Positions 1 to 9,991 are shown, counted from the stretch's first letter. The stretch: DNA of 64,000 nt from an uncultured Gemmatimonadaceae bacterium (GCA_963751275.1 CAVVTZ010000011.1:96001-160000); one strand, 5' to 3'. The notes: a model not told the origin generated them from the letters alone. A program made the numbers and translations.

Positions 1-411
1 GCGTCGTGACGATCGCCGCGGTCGGCGCGGAAGCGATGGAGCGCGCGAAGCAGATGGTGCGGCGCTCACGGTGGAGCCGGAGATCGGCGCGATCTACGAG
101 GGCACCGTCAAGAGCACGACGGCGTTCGGCGCGTTCGTCGAGATCATGCCGGGCACCGAAGGACTGGTGCACATCTCCGAGCTGGCGTGCGGCCGCACCG
201 AGAAGACCGAAGACGTCGTGAAGCGCGGCGACACGTGCGGGTGAAGGTGATCGACCGCGATGAGCGCGGGAAGATGCGCCTGTCGATGAAGGCGCTGATT
301 CCGAAGCCCGAGGGGATGCCGGACGAGCCCGAGCGCGCGCCGCGCCCGCGCCGCGAAGATGGCGAGCGCAGCAGCAGCCGTCCCAGGAGCGGAGGCCGCG
401 ACCGGCGGTGA
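1..411 (+). CDS. pnp: Polyribonucleotide nucleotidyltransferase, C-terminal KH end/S1 domain (partial, apparent indels)
   Basis: Stitched frames read ...[38 protein letters not shown]...[19 protein letters not shown] (PNPase S1); stop TGA at 409-411; followed by an M16 peptidase as is common. Confidence 0.9.
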
Positions 412-1678
412 CCATCGTGTCGTCGGCGCCCAAGTCGGGGCTCAGACGCACCACTCTGCCGAACGGACTGACCGTACTCTCGGAGTGGTTCCGGGAGTGC
501 GGTCGATCGCCATCGGCGCCTGGGTGCGCGCGGCGTCGGTGCACGAGCCGCGCGACCACATGGGCGTATCGCATCTGCTCGAGCACCTGGTGTTCAAGGG
601 GACGGCCAAGCGCACCGCGCCCGAGATCGCGCTCGCGCTCGAAACGCTCGGCGGGTCGCTCGACGCGTACACGGCGCGCGAGCACACGGCCTTCCAGGCG
701 CGCGTGCTCGACATGCATCTCGAGGTGGCGGCGGACGTGGTGGGCGATCTCGTGTTCCATCCGTTGCTGCGCGCCGACGATCTGAAGCTCGAGCGGAAGG
801 TCGTGCTCGAGGAGATCGCGATGGTGGACGACACGCCCGACGATCTCGTCTTCGAGTTGCACAACGAGGCGATGTGGGCGGCGCATCCATACGGCTACCA
901 GATCCTCGGTACGCGCGACACCGTCGGGAGGCTCGGCGTGAAGGAGTTGAAGGAACTGCACGCGCGCGCGTACCACCCGCCGCAGATCGTGGTCGCCTGC
1001 GCCGGCAACGTCGAGCATGACGCGCTGCTCGAGGCGCTCGAGCGCACGGGCTGGACCGGCATGCCGCGCGGCGACGAACGTCCGCTGCAGTCGCCGGCGC
1101 TCGCGCCCACCGTGCCCGGCGCACAGCACGTGCAGCGCGAGGGCGCGCAGACGCACATCGTCTTCGGATCGCCCACCGTGGCCTACGGCGACGCGCGGCG
1201 CTATGCCGTGGCGCTCGTGGACACGATCCTGGGCGGCGGCATGAGCTCGCGCCTCTTCCAGCGCGTGCGCGAAGAACTGGGCCTCGCGTACGACGTGCAC
1301 ACCTTCCAGACGTTCCACCCCGACACCGGCGTGCACGGCGTGTACGTGGGCACGGGCCCCGACACGGCGCAGGCCGCCGCGACCGCGGTGCGCGACGAAC
1401 TCGCGCGCCTCGCGGCCGACTCGCTCACCGACGAGGAACTGGCGTCGGGCAAGCGGCAGTTGGCGGGCTCGGTCACGCTCTCGCTCGAGAGCGTGACGTC
1501 GCGCATGTACCGCGCCGCGAGCTCGGCGTTGTATGATGAGCCATACCGCACGCTGGATGAAACGCTCGCATTGATCGACGCGATCACGGCCGCCGAGGTG
1601 AAGGCTGTCTGCCGCGAATTCTACGATCCCGCGAAACAGACGATTCTCAGCCTCGGCCCCACGCCCGCCGTCCCATAA
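408..1678 (+). CDS. M16 (pitrilysin-family) zinc peptidase; one frameshift near 485-490
   Basis: TTLPNGLTVLSE N-terminus, inverted HxxEH motif SHLLEHLVFKGT, GGGMSSRLFQRVREELGLAY. Confidence 0.9.
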
Positions 1679-1699
1679 GGAGCTGGTAGCAGTTGTCGT

Positions 1700-1788
1700 C
1701 ATCATGTTCCATCATGTGCATCCTGTCGAATGCTTTGTTGTTCGAGATCTCAAACTGCCTTGGACAGGATTAACATGGTTCACATGAT
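1700..1788. repeat. Imperfect inverted repeat of 9-nt-periodic units (family A, copy 1)
   Basis: catcatgttccatcatgtgcatcctgtcgaatgc at 1700-1733 versus gccttggacaggattaacatggttcacatgat at 1757-1788; homologous to 32571-32657. Confidence 0.75.
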
Positions 1789-1880
1789 TTGCTTTGAACA
1801 CGTGAGTGGTGTCCCCTAGCGCCAGCGAATCGGCCCCGCAGATTCATCCTGTCTCGCACTAAACCCTACCGACCAATCCC

Positions 1881-2996
1881 ATGAAGATCGGCGTACCGAA
1901 AGAGATCAAGACCAACGAGAATCGCGTGGCGCTCGTGCCCGCGGGCGCGGAAGCGCTCGTGTCGGCCGGCCACAGTGTGAGCATCGAGAAGGGCGCGGGC
2001 GAAGGCTCGGGCTTCTCCGACGAGATGTTCACCAAGGTGGGCGCCAAGATCGCGTCGAACGCCGACGCCACCTGGGCGGACGCCGACATGATCATGAAGG
2101 TGAAGGAACCGATCGAGCCCGAGTGGAAGCGCATGAAGAAGGGGCAGACGATCTTCACCTATTTCCATTTCGCGGCCGACGAGAAGCTCACCAAGGCGCA
2201 CATCGCGAGCGGCGCGGTCTGCATCGCGTACGAGACCGTGGAGCTGCCGAGCGGCGAGCTGCCGCTGCTGACGCCGATGAGCGAGGTCGCGGGGCGGATG
2301 GCGGTGCAGGAGGGGGCGAAGTACCTCGAGAAGCTGCACGGCGGGCGCGGCGTGCTGCTGGGCGGCGTGCCGGGCGTGCCACCGGGCAAGGTGGTGATCC
2401 TGGGCGGCGGCGTGGTGGGCACGAACGCCGCGAAGATGGCGGCCGGCCTCGGCGCCAAGGTGACGATCCTGGATCTCTCGCTGGAGCGCCTGCGCTACCT
2501 GAGCGACGTGATGCCGGCCAACGTGCAGCTCGTGTACTCGAACCGCCACACCATTCTCGAGCAGATCTCGAGTGCCGATCTCGTCGTGGGCGCGGTGCTC
2601 GTCGTGGGCGCGAAGGCGCCGCGGCTGATCCGCCGCGAGGACCTCAAGCTCATGCAGCCGGGCTCGGTGATCGTGGACGTGGCGATCGACCAGGGCGGCT
2701 GCGTGGAGACGATCCATGCGACCACGCACGAGAACCCCGTGTACACCGTGGATGGCGTGATCCACTACGGCGTGGCGAACATGCCCGGCGGCGTGTCGCG
2801 CACGAGCACGCTGGCGCTGACGAATGCGACCTTCCCGTACGCTTTGAAGCTCGCGCAGAAGGGATGGAAGAAGGCGCTGAAGGAGGATCCGGCGCTGGCG
2901 AAGGGGCTGAACGTCGTCGAGGGCGCGGTCGTGTATCCGGCGGTCGCCGAGGTCTTCGGGATGAAGAGCGAACCGCTGAGCAAATACTTGGATTGA
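1881..2996 (+). CDS. ald: Alanine dehydrogenase
   Basis: MKIGVPKEIKTNENRVAL, VKEP, PMSEVAGR, GGGVVG NAD motif, DVAIDQGGC, YGVANMPG. Confidence 0.97.
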   Translation: MKIGVPKEIKTNENRVALVPAGAEALVSAGHSVSIEKGAGEGSGFSDEMFTKVGAKIASNADATWADADMIMKVKEPIEPEWKRMKKGQTIFTYFHFAADEKLTKAHIASGAVCIAYETVELPSGELPLLTPMSEVAGRMAVQEGAKYLEKLHGGRGVLLGGVPGVPPGKVVILGGGVVGTNAAKMAAGLGAKVTILDLSLERLRYLSDVMPANVQLVYSNRHTILEQISSADLVVGAVLVVGAKAPRLIRREDLKLMQPGSVIVDVAIDQGGCVETIHATTHENPVYTVDGVIHYGVANMPGGVSRTSTLALTNATFPYALKLAQKGWKKALKEDPALAKGLNVVEGAVVYPAVAEVFGMKSEPLSKYLD

Positions 2997-3004
2997 CGAC
3001 CAGG

Positions 3005-3137
3005 CGAACCTCGAACCGCGTTCTTCGTCCCCCAAACTCCGTCAGTTGAGAATGAGTCGTGCGTAACGACACGAACCACTCAGGTTCGACTCACGGAGTC
3101 CGGGTGACCAATGACGCGGTTCGAGGTTCGACTCACG
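3005..3137. repeat. Palindromic intergenic element (family B)
   Basis: Perfect 17-bp inverted repeat cgaacctcgaaccgcgt (3005-3021) / acgcggttcgaggttcg (3114-3130); 14-bp direct repeat aggttcgactcacg at 3082 and 3124. Confidence 0.75.
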
Positions 3138-3913
3138 TCATTGCTTCGTTTCCGCCTATCCTGTGTTATCACAAAGTTGAGCCGCGTCACGAGTTGGGTG
3201 TGACGCGGCTTTCACCTATCCGGTTCGCGCGGCAGATCGAACGGCTCGCGCGGGCGGGGTGGCGGACGCTCACGCTCGGCGAGATCATCGCGTGCGCGCG
3301 GGGAGAGCGGGCGGTCGGTGAGCGGGAGCTCGCCATCACGTTCGACGATGCGTATCGCGGCTTGCGCGAGCATGCCTTCCCGGTGCTCGCCGCGCAGGGG
3401 TTCACCGCGGCCTGCTTCGTGATCACCGACTACGCGGGCAGGCTCAACCGCTGGGACGTGGCGTACGGAGGACGCCGCTTCGCGCATCTCGCGTGGCGAG
3501 ACATCGAGCGGGCGCGAGAGCGGGGGATCGAGTTCGCGTCACATACCGCGACCCATCCGCGGCTCACGTGGCTCAGCGACGCGGCGGTGCGCAAGGAATT
3601 CCGCCGCTCGCGTGAGACGCTCGAACTGGCGCTCGGGGAGCCGTGCGATGTGGTGAGCTATCCCTTCGGCGCGGCGGGCGACCGCGAGGCCGCGCTGGCG
3701 AGGGACGCGGGATACACGGCCGGCTTCGCGCTCGCCATGGGTCGGCACGGCGATGTAATGCGCATTCCGCGCACGCCGGTGTATCTGTGGAGCCCGCCCA
3801 TGCCCGCCGTCGGCCTGCTGGCTCCGCTGGAGCGGCTCGCCGCGGCGGGCGCGAACCGTTGCGCCGTGGGAACGTCGATCATCCAGCGCCTCGGCATGCA
3901 CCGCGCCAGTTGA
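3059..3913 (+). CDS. Polysaccharide deacetylase (CE4/NodB family); start uncertain
   Basis: PILCYHKV, AITFDDAY, FASHTATHPRL, SYPFG motifs; the 5' end overlaps the repeat element. Confidence 0.88.
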   Translation: MRNDTNHSGSTHGVRVTNDAVRGSTHVIASFPPILCYHKVEPRHELGVTRLSPIRFARQIERLARAGWRTLTLGEIIACARGERAVGERELAITFDDAYRGLREHAFPVLAAQGFTAACFVITDYAGRLNRWDVAYGGRRFAHLAWRDIERARERGIEFASHTATHPRLTWLSDAAVRKEFRRSRETLELALGEPCDVVSYPFGAAGDREAALARDAGYTAGFALAMGRHGDVMRIPRTPVYLWSPPMPAVGLLAPLERLAAAGANRCAVGTSIIQRLGMHRAS

Positions 3914-3967
3914 GCCCAATGACCACATCCTGACCCTACCATGCTGGAAGCGAGCAGGAGAATCGAC

Positions 3968-4231
3968 ATGAGCGTGCAAGAACGCTTCAATCGTACGGGT
4001 TTTTCCCGCTTCATCAACAGCCGCGCCGGGATCCTCTTCCGCCTCGCCGCCGGCACGGCGTTCCTCGTGGGCGGCTTCCTGTACCGGCAGCACCCGCTTG
4101 GCGTCGCGTCCATGGTGTGGAGCATTCTTCCATTGACCGCCGGCGGGTTCGACTGGTGCTATATCAGCGCCGTGCTCGGAGGCCCTCTCCGCGGCCGCGA
4201 CATCCGGTCGGCGCGCGGTGACCATGGCTGA
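3968..4231 (+). CDS. Small membrane protein, YgaP-like/DUF2892 type
   Basis: SD aggaga upstream; two hydrophobic segments followed by G-x-D-x-C-Y-I-S-A-V-L-G pattern. Confidence 0.6.
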   Translation: MSVQERFNRTGFSRFINSRAGILFRLAAGTAFLVGGFLYRQHPLGVASMVWSILPLTAGGFDWCYISAVLGGPLRGRDIRSARGDHG

Positions 4232-4448
4232 TACCATTGGGCTCCTCGCCAACCTCGCGCTCGCGCTCTCGTTCATCGTCGGGCTCATCTTCGGCATCCA
4301 GCAGGTGCGCGCGGCGGCGCGCGACCGCCGCGAGCGGTTGACGCTCGAGACGCTCGCGACCTTCCAGACGCGGGAGTTCACCGAATTGATGTACTGGATC
4401 CTCTCGGGGAGCGCATGGCGAAAGCGCCCCGGCAGCCGTTCCACCTGA
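4224..4448 (+). pseudogene. Probable truncated DUF4760-like membrane-anchored protein
   Basis: N-terminal TM followed by QVRAAARDRRERLTLETLATFQTREF, then abrupt loss of coding character after about 60 aa. Confidence 0.45.
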
Positions 4449-4507
4449 GGGCTGGATCGCGGTGACCATTGGCGAAGGGCTGCTTCCGGAGTCCTAGCCG
4501 CGAGCCG

Positions 4508-4987
4508 CTAGCGTGACCGGCGCTTCCGCGGCGCCCGTTTCTTCTTCGGCGCGCGCTCCGTCGCGACCGCGTCACGGAACCAGAGCGGTACGCCGTAATC
4601 GTACAGGAGCTCCTCGCCCGCCTTGATGTCGCGCAGCGCGACCACGGACATCGTCTCCGGCTCCGGGCCATCGTCGAACTCGACGTTCGGGGAACCCGAG
4701 TGGTTGTAGAGCATGAGCAGGCCGCAGCCCATCGCGATCTCCTTGCCGGGCTCATCGCTCCAGTACAGGAGATAGTGATCGGGCACGGTATCGCGGTGCT
4801 CGTGATCGAGCAGGTCCTCCGCGGGCACCACGATCACGGGAGACCGCTCCAGCTCCGTTCCCGCGGCGCAGTCCACGCGCGCGATGACACCGCGTCCCTT
4901 GCCGGGGATCATGCCCCAGGTGACGAGTGCGTGCGGCCGGTCGCGAAGGGTCCGATCGGTGCGGTTGGTGCGTCGTGCCTCGGGCAT
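4508..4987 (-). CDS. SET-domain protein (putative lysine methyltransferase)
   Basis: GKGRGVIA, LYNHSGSPN, ALRDIKAGEELLYDY motifs. Confidence 0.9.
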   Translation of the reverse strand: MPEARRTNRTDRTLRDRPHALVTWGMIPGKGRGVIARVDCAAGTELERSPVIVVPAEDLLDHEHRDTVPDHYLLYWSDEPGKEIAMGCGLLMLYNHSGSPNVEFDDGPEPETMSVVALRDIKAGEELLYDYGVPLWFRDAVATERAPKKKRAPRKRRSR

Positions 4988-5121
4988 GGATGCTCTCACA
5001 GTGAGTTCCGGCGTCGCGCTATGGCGCGCGGTCCGTTCTCGACGCAAAATGGTGGCGCGCGCGGCCGGATGCAATTTCCGGGTCGCCGCGCCCGTTCGTC
5101 TCTCGCCCCGTGCAGGATGAC

Positions 5122-5496
5122 ATGACCGTCGATCGCAAGACGCTCGCCCGGCAGTACAAGGAGACGCCTCGCACGATGGGCGTCGGCGCGGTGCGCAACA
5201 AGGCGAGCGGCAAGACGCTCGTCTTCTCGAGTCGTGATCTGCCGGCGCTCCTGACGCGGCACGAGTCGCAGCTGCGATTGAAGGGACATCCGAACCATGC
5301 GCTCCAGGCGGACTGGAACACGCTCGGCCCCGAGGGATTCGAGTTCATCGTGCTCGATACCCTGGCGCCGGCGGAATCGCCGGACTATGACGCGACCGCC
5401 GATCTGCGCACACTCGAAGGGCTCTGGATGGAGAAGCTCGCTCCGTTCGAGCCCGCCGGGTACCATCACCGCAAGGCTGGGCCGCCCGCGCACTGA
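5122..5496 (+). CDS. GIY-YIG superfamily protein (LuxR-associated-like subgroup)
   Basis: RKTLARQYKE..MGVGAVRNKASGK..RHESQLRLKGHPNHALQADWNTLGPEGFEFIVLDTL pattern. Confidence 0.75.
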   Translation: MTVDRKTLARQYKETPRTMGVGAVRNKASGKTLVFSSRDLPALLTRHESQLRLKGHPNHALQADWNTLGPEGFEFIVLDTLAPAESPDYDATADLRTLEGLWMEKLAPFEPAGYHHRKAGPPAH

Positions 5497-5609
5497 GCGC
5501 ACGCGTGCGAGGCCGCCCACTGACTGGAACCCGCGGCTTTGACGCGCGTAGTGAGGGGCGCGTAGATTCGACCCCGCAGCCCAGCAACGTCCCGTGTCCA
5601 GGAGGATCT

Positions 5610-6185
5610 ATGAAAAGGATGATCGTCGCCGCCGGCTTCGCGATGCTCGCTCCACTCGCGGTCAGTTCGGCCCAGCAGATGCCGCAGCCCAGCGCGCCGG
5701 GCACCGTGATCGTCTCCGCGATACACGGCTTCGGCATGCAGTACGGCGCGTGGCTCATGACGGCCTTCGATTCGATCCCGGCGGATAAGTACGGCTACAA
5801 GCCGACGCCCAAGCAGATGTCGATCGGCGAAGTCGCGGCCCACCTCGAGGGTGCGAACTACGCGCTGTGCACCAAGTTCAGCGGAACGGCGCATCCGATG
5901 ACGGCTCGCGACTCGACCGCAGACTCGGTGAAGGCGATGTGGCCCAAGGACACCCTGGTCGCGCGGCTCAAGGCATCGTTCGCCTTCTGCCACACGGCGC
6001 TCAGCGCTGTCACCGATGCGCAGCTGACCGATTCAATGCCGGGCTTTGCGCCGGGCCGGAAGATCGTTCGCGCGCGACTCGTGGACATCTTCGTGCTCGA
6101 CCTCGTCGATCACTACAGCCAGATCGCGATCTACATGCGCCTCAACGGCATGCTCCCGCCGTCGGCGTATCCGAGGAAGATGTAA
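5610..6185 (+). CDS. Exported DinB/YfiT-family protein
   Basis: SD ggagga; signal peptide; YGYKPTPKQMSIGEVAAHL and DHYSQIAIYMRLNGMLPPS motifs. Confidence 0.85.
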   Translation: MKRMIVAAGFAMLAPLAVSSAQQMPQPSAPGTVIVSAIHGFGMQYGAWLMTAFDSIPADKYGYKPTPKQMSIGEVAAHLEGANYALCTKFSGTAHPMTARDSTADSVKAMWPKDTLVARLKASFAFCHTALSAVTDAQLTDSMPGFAPGRKIVRARLVDIFVLDLVDHYSQIAIYMRLNGMLPPSAYPRKM

Positions 6186-6195
6186 CGACACGCCC

Positions 6196-6231
6196 TCCGG
6201 GCCGCCGGGGCACTTTCACCGGCGGCCCGGA
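6196..6231 (+). terminator. GC-rich hairpin after the DinB gene (possible terminator, no U-tract)
   Basis: tccgggccgccgg / ccggcggcccgga perfect 13-bp stem. Confidence 0.45.
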
Positions 6232-6296
6232 AGCAGTATGGTTGGGCGTTCCTGGTCCCAGCAGTGCTCCGCCAGCCAGGAGGCGTCAGCGAACCC

Positions 6297-7058
6297 ATGC
6301 TCACGGCTTCTCCTCCCACCCAGCCCGTCGCGCCCAAAGAGCGACCCACCGCGGTCAAGGTCGCGCTGCGCCTGCTGCTGCACGGCGTCTTCCTCGTGAT
6401 CGCCGTCGGCTGCTTCATGGCGTACGAGCACTTCAAGGTCGCGGGCCAATCCACGGCGTCGCTCGTGAGTCTCGCGGGCGCCGGCGGTTTCGGATTCGCC
6501 CCGGTACGCGATGTGTTGCGCCTCTTCTTCGCGGTGGAGGGGAAGACGCTGCATCTCCTCCACGGACTCGGCGGTCTCGGACTGCTCTCGCTGCCGCTCT
6601 TCGGATTCGTCTCCGGCGGACCGCTCATGTCGCACGCGGCCATGGCGCCTTTCGCGATCATGGGCGCCGCGCAGGCGGTGATGCACCAGGACCACCCGCG
6701 CAACGCGAAGCAGGCCACCGCGCTCCGCACGTTCGCGTCGAGCCTGCCCGAGGTCGCGGAGTTCACGAGTTCCAAGGATCTCACATCGCCGGCGAACGCG
6801 GAGCGCGCGGTGAAGGTGCTCACCGATATCATCGGCAAAGCGCAGGTGCTCGGCGAAACGGAGCTGCAGGCCGATCCGCAATTCCAGAGCGCGCTCGGCC
6901 AGGTCTCGGCGCGCACGGGCGTGAATCTCGGGCTCGACGCGGTGAATCTTGCGCTCGACCGGCTGGCCGCGAACCCCGCCACCGCGGCCATGGTGCCGGA
7001 GCTGCGCAAGCAGCTCGCGCAGGCGCGCAAGACGTTCGCGGAGGCCTCGAGTCGCTAG
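6297..7058 (+). CDS. Hypothetical membrane protein
   Basis: About four hydrophobic segments followed by a helical soluble C-terminus; host-like codon usage. Confidence 0.7.
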   Translation: MLTASPPTQPVAPKERPTAVKVALRLLLHGVFLVIAVGCFMAYEHFKVAGQSTASLVSLAGAGGFGFAPVRDVLRLFFAVEGKTLHLLHGLGGLGLLSLPLFGFVSGGPLMSHAAMAPFAIMGAAQAVMHQDHPRNAKQATALRTFASSLPEVAEFTSSKDLTSPANAERAVKVLTDIIGKAQVLGETELQADPQFQSALGQVSARTGVNLGLDAVNLALDRLAANPATAAMVPELRKQLAQARKTFAEASSR

Positions 7059-7079
7059 GGGAGCGGAGTCCTAACGACG

Positions 7080-7172
7080 CGGGGCGCGGGGCTCGGGACT
7101 CGCCGCGCTGAACGAACGGGACGCGATCGTCTGTTCTCGCGTCCCGCGGCGCGTCCCGAGCCCCGCGTCCCG
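7080..7172. repeat. Heptamer-based palindromic element (family C, copy 1)
   Basis: Arms 7080-7107 and 7145-7172 are 26/28 complementary; inner stem cgggacgcga/tcgcgtcccg. Confidence 0.75.
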
Positions 7173-7180
7173 AACGTGAC

Positions 7181-9394
7181 CTAGCCTTGGATCGGCAGCA
7201 CTCTGACGCGCTTGCCCGTCGCGTTGAAGATCGCGTTGCAGACCGCTGGCGCGATCGCCGGCAGCGCCCCTTCGCCGATCCCCAGGGGCGGCCCGTCGCT
7301 CGGAACGAAGTGCACGTCAATGGCAGGCGCCTCCGCCATCCGGAGCGCGGGGAAGTCAGTGAAGTTGCCCTGCTGCACGCGGCCGTCCTCCACGGTGATC
7401 TTCTCCATCAGCGCCGCCGAGAGCCCGTAGATGATCGCGCCCTGCACCTGCGCCTCGGCGCCGCTCACGTTCACCACCGTCCCGATGTCCGCGGCAGCGA
7501 CGACGCGATCGACCTTCACCTTCCCGTTCGCATCGACGGTCACCTCGGCGACTTCGGCGACATAGGCGCCGTTGTTGTGGCCGCCCGCGAGACCGCGGCC
7601 GCGGCCGGCGGGCATCGGCTTGCCCCAGTCGCCTTTCGCCGCGGCGAGCTGGAACACGGCGCTCATGCGCGCCGGATCGTACGGAAGACGCCGGTCGACG
7701 GCGGCGGGCTTCGCGAGCATCGCGAGCCGCATCTCGAGCGGATCGCGCTTGGCGGCGTGCGCCACCTCGTCGAAGAAGCAGTCGATCGCGAAGCTGCTCG
7801 ATGAATTGTCGATCGCGCGCCACTGGCCGAGCGGGATCGTGGGTGCGAGTCGCGAGGCCTCGAGGCTGAAGTTCGCGAGGAATCCCGAGGGGAAATCGCC
7901 GCGGTCGGTCTCGCCGCGGCCGGCGGGCCACACTGTTGCACCGGCGGGCATTTCCCATTCGAGGAACTCGCCGCGCGCGGCGTTGATGATGTGGTACGTC
8001 CACGCGAGGAGCGCACCGTTGGCGTCGAGCCCCGCGCGCATCGCGAACACCGCCGACGGCCGGAAGAAGCCGAAGCGCACATCGTCCTCACGCGTCCATA
8101 CGACCTGCACCGGCGCGCCGGCGGCGCGCGAGAGGAGCGCGGCCTCCACGGCGTAGTCGGCATAGAATCGGCGTCCGAAGCCGCCGCCCGACCGGGTGAC
8201 GTGGATCTCCACGTCGTCACCGGCGAACCCGAGCGCGCGCTCGACAGCTTGATGCACTCCCTCCGGGTTCTGGCAGGGCGCCCACACCGTGCAGCGGGTG
8301 CCGCGCACATCGGCCACGCAGTTCATCGGCTCCATCGGCGTGTGCGCGAGGAGCGGCACCTCGTACACCGCCTCGACAACCTGCGCGGCGCCGCGCATCG
8401 CGGCGGCGACGTTGCCGTCGGCGAGCTGCACGGCATCGGCGGGTTTCGCGGCCAGCGCGAGCGCCTGATCGCGCATCTTCGAGGAACTCACCGCTGCTCC
8501 GGCACCTGGCGTCCACTCGATCGCGAGCGCCGTCCGCGCCTTCATCGCCGCCCACGTGGACGTCGCGAGCACCGCGACGCCATCGCGAGGGCGCGGATTA
8601 TCCTCGCCGAAGCTCGGGAGCACGCTGGCGTCGATCGGAACGACCTGCTTCACGCCGGGCATCGCGAGCGCCTTCGCGCCATCGAACTTGGCGACGCGCG
8701 CACCGTACGTCGGCGCGCGCTCGATCGACGCGACGAGCATCCCGGGCACCCGCTGATCCAGGCCGAACTTCGCGCTGCCGCGCACGATCGACTCGGCGTC
8801 CACGGAAGTCTGCCGCGTGCCGATCAGGCGGTAGGCGCTCGCGGGTTTGAGCGGCACGTCGGCGGGCACGGGCAGGAGCGCCGCGGCGGCCGCGAGCTCG
8901 CCGTAGCCCAGACGGCGTCCCGTGGACAGATGGATCACCTGTCCGCGCTCCGTGCCGCAATCCGAGGAAAGCACCGACCACTTCGCGGCGCCCGCGGCGA
9001 CGAGCAGCGCGCGCGTGGTCGCGCCGGCCTGGCGCATCGGGTCCCAGCTCAGGCGCACGCTGCTGCTGCCGCCCGACCATTGCCCGCCGTAGCGGAGGGC
9101 GAAATCCGCCTGCGCGATGTGCACGCGGCTCCAGTCCGCGTCGAGTTCGTCGGCGATCATCATCGGGAGCGACGTGCGCGTGCCCTGGCCCATGTCGGGG
9201 CGGGGGACGGTGAGCGTCACCGTGCCGTCGGGATCGATGCGAATGAAGGGATCCGGCTCCCACGGGGCGATGTTCGGCTGGCCCGCCAGTGCGAACGCGC
9301 GCGGGATCGAGATCGCGACGATCATCGCGCCCGCGGCGGTTCCGCTCACGCGCAGGAATTCACGGCGGTCCAGCCCGCGCGAACCGTCGCTCAC
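7181..9394 (-). CDS. Xanthine dehydrogenase-family molybdopterin-binding subunit (IorB-like), Tat signal
   Basis: LDRREFLR twin-arginine motif; [31 protein letters not shown] motifs; GTG start overlaps the upstream stop. Confidence 0.92.
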   Translation of the reverse strand: MSDGSRGLDRREFLRVSGTAAGAMIVAISIPRAFALAGQPNIAPWEPDPFIRIDPDGTVTLTVPRPDMGQGTRTSLPMMIADELDADWSRVHIAQADFALRYGGQWSGGSSSVRLSWDPMRQAGATTRALLVAAGAAKWSVLSSDCGTERGQVIHLSTGRRLGYGELAAAAALLPVPADVPLKPASAYRLIGTRQTSVDAESIVRGSAKFGLDQRVPGMLVASIERAPTYGARVAKFDGAKALAMPGVKQVVPIDASVLPSFGEDNPRPRDGVAVLATSTWAAMKARTALAIEWTPGAGAAVSSSKMRDQALALAAKPADAVQLADGNVAAAMRGAAQVVEAVYEVPLLAHTPMEPMNCVADVRGTRCTVWAPCQNPEGVHQAVERALGFAGDDVEIHVTRSGGGFGRRFYADYAVEAALLSRAAGAPVQVVWTREDDVRFGFFRPSAVFAMRAGLDANGALLAWTYHIINAARGEFLEWEMPAGATVWPAGRGETDRGDFPSGFLANFSLEASRLAPTIPLGQWRAIDNSSSSFAIDCFFDEVAHAAKRDPLEMRLAMLAKPAAVDRRLPYDPARMSAVFQLAAAKGDWGKPMPAGRGRGLAGGHNNGAYVAEVAEVTVDANGKVKVDRVVAAADIGTVVNVSGAEAQVQGAIIYGLSAALMEKITVEDGRVQQGNFTDFPALRMAEAPAIDVHFVPSDGPPLGIGEGALPAIAPAVCNAIFNATGKRVRVLPIQG

Positions 9395-9858
9395 TTCGCC
9401 GCTCCATTCGCGCCGGCCGCGCGATGGATCGCCGCGCGGATGCGCACGTACGTCCCGCAGCGGCAGATATTCGTCATCGCCGCATCGATCTCCGCATCGG
9501 TCGGATGCGGCGTGCGCGCGAGCAGCGCCGTGGCGGCGAGGATCTGTCCGGCCTGGCAATAACCACACTGCGGGACGTCCTCAGCGATCCACGCGGCCTG
9601 AACGGCGCTGAGCCCCTTCGCCGTGGCGAGCCCTTCGATCGTGACCACCTTGTGCGTGCCGATCGCCGAGAGCGGAACTTGGCAGGAGCGCGCGGGCTGG
9701 CCGTCGAGGAAGACCGTGCACGCGCCGCACGCGCCAATGCCGCAGCCGAACTTGGTCCCCGTGAGGCTCAGGTCATCGCGAAGGACCCAGAGCAGGGGCG
9801 TGTCCGCTGAAGCAGAGACGGTGTGCGGTTTTCCGTTGACGGTCAGCGACGTCTTCAT
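9391..9858 (-). CDS. [2Fe-2S]-binding subunit (IorA-like)
   Basis: [32 protein letters not shown]. Confidence 0.95.
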   Translation of the reverse strand: MKTSLTVNGKPHTVSASADTPLLWVLRDDLSLTGTKFGCGIGACGACTVFLDGQPARSCQVPLSAIGTHKVVTIEGLATAKGLSAVQAAWIAEDVPQCGYCQAGQILAATALLARTPHPTDAEIDAAMTNICRCGTYVRIRAAIHRAAGANGAAK

Positions 9859-9885
9859 CGGGCGGTCTCTCAGTCTTGGAGCGCT

Positions 9886-9983
9886 CGGGAAGCGGGAAGC
9901 GGGAAGCGGCGCGGGGTGCGATAACAGCCGGGGATCACGCGTCCCGTCCGTTCATCGCGGCGCTTCCCGCTTCCCGCTTCCCG
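9886..9983. repeat. Heptamer-based palindromic element (family C, copy 2)
   Basis: Perfect 23-bp inverted repeat (cgggaag)x3 cg at 9886-9908 and 9961-9983; internal homology to 7080-7128 in inverted orientation. Confidence 0.8.
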
Positions 9984-9991
9984 CGCCTCGG

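Noticed and set aside
1789..1880. Riboswitch or leader upstream of ald (and of guaA, lysA, pur and trp genes)
   Set aside because: No recognisable aptamer consensus, T-box or leader peptide; most of these genes have no leader space
1866..3035. Long antisense/alternate-frame ORFs (also 11409-13568, 14344-15792, 18085-20019, 52141-54201 and many more)
   Set aside because: Shadow ORFs expected in high-GC DNA; Arg/Ala/Pro-rich with no motifs and overlapping well-supported genes
5122..5496. GIY-YIG protein as a homing endonuclease or mobile element
   Set aside because: Short stand-alone LuxR-associated-like type with degenerate motifs; no intron, intein or terminal repeats
1700..9983. CRISPR array or integron attC cassette array in the accessory patch
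   Set aside because: Repeats are not regularly spaced direct repeats, lack matched RYYYAAC/GTTRRRY ends, and no cas or intI gene is present
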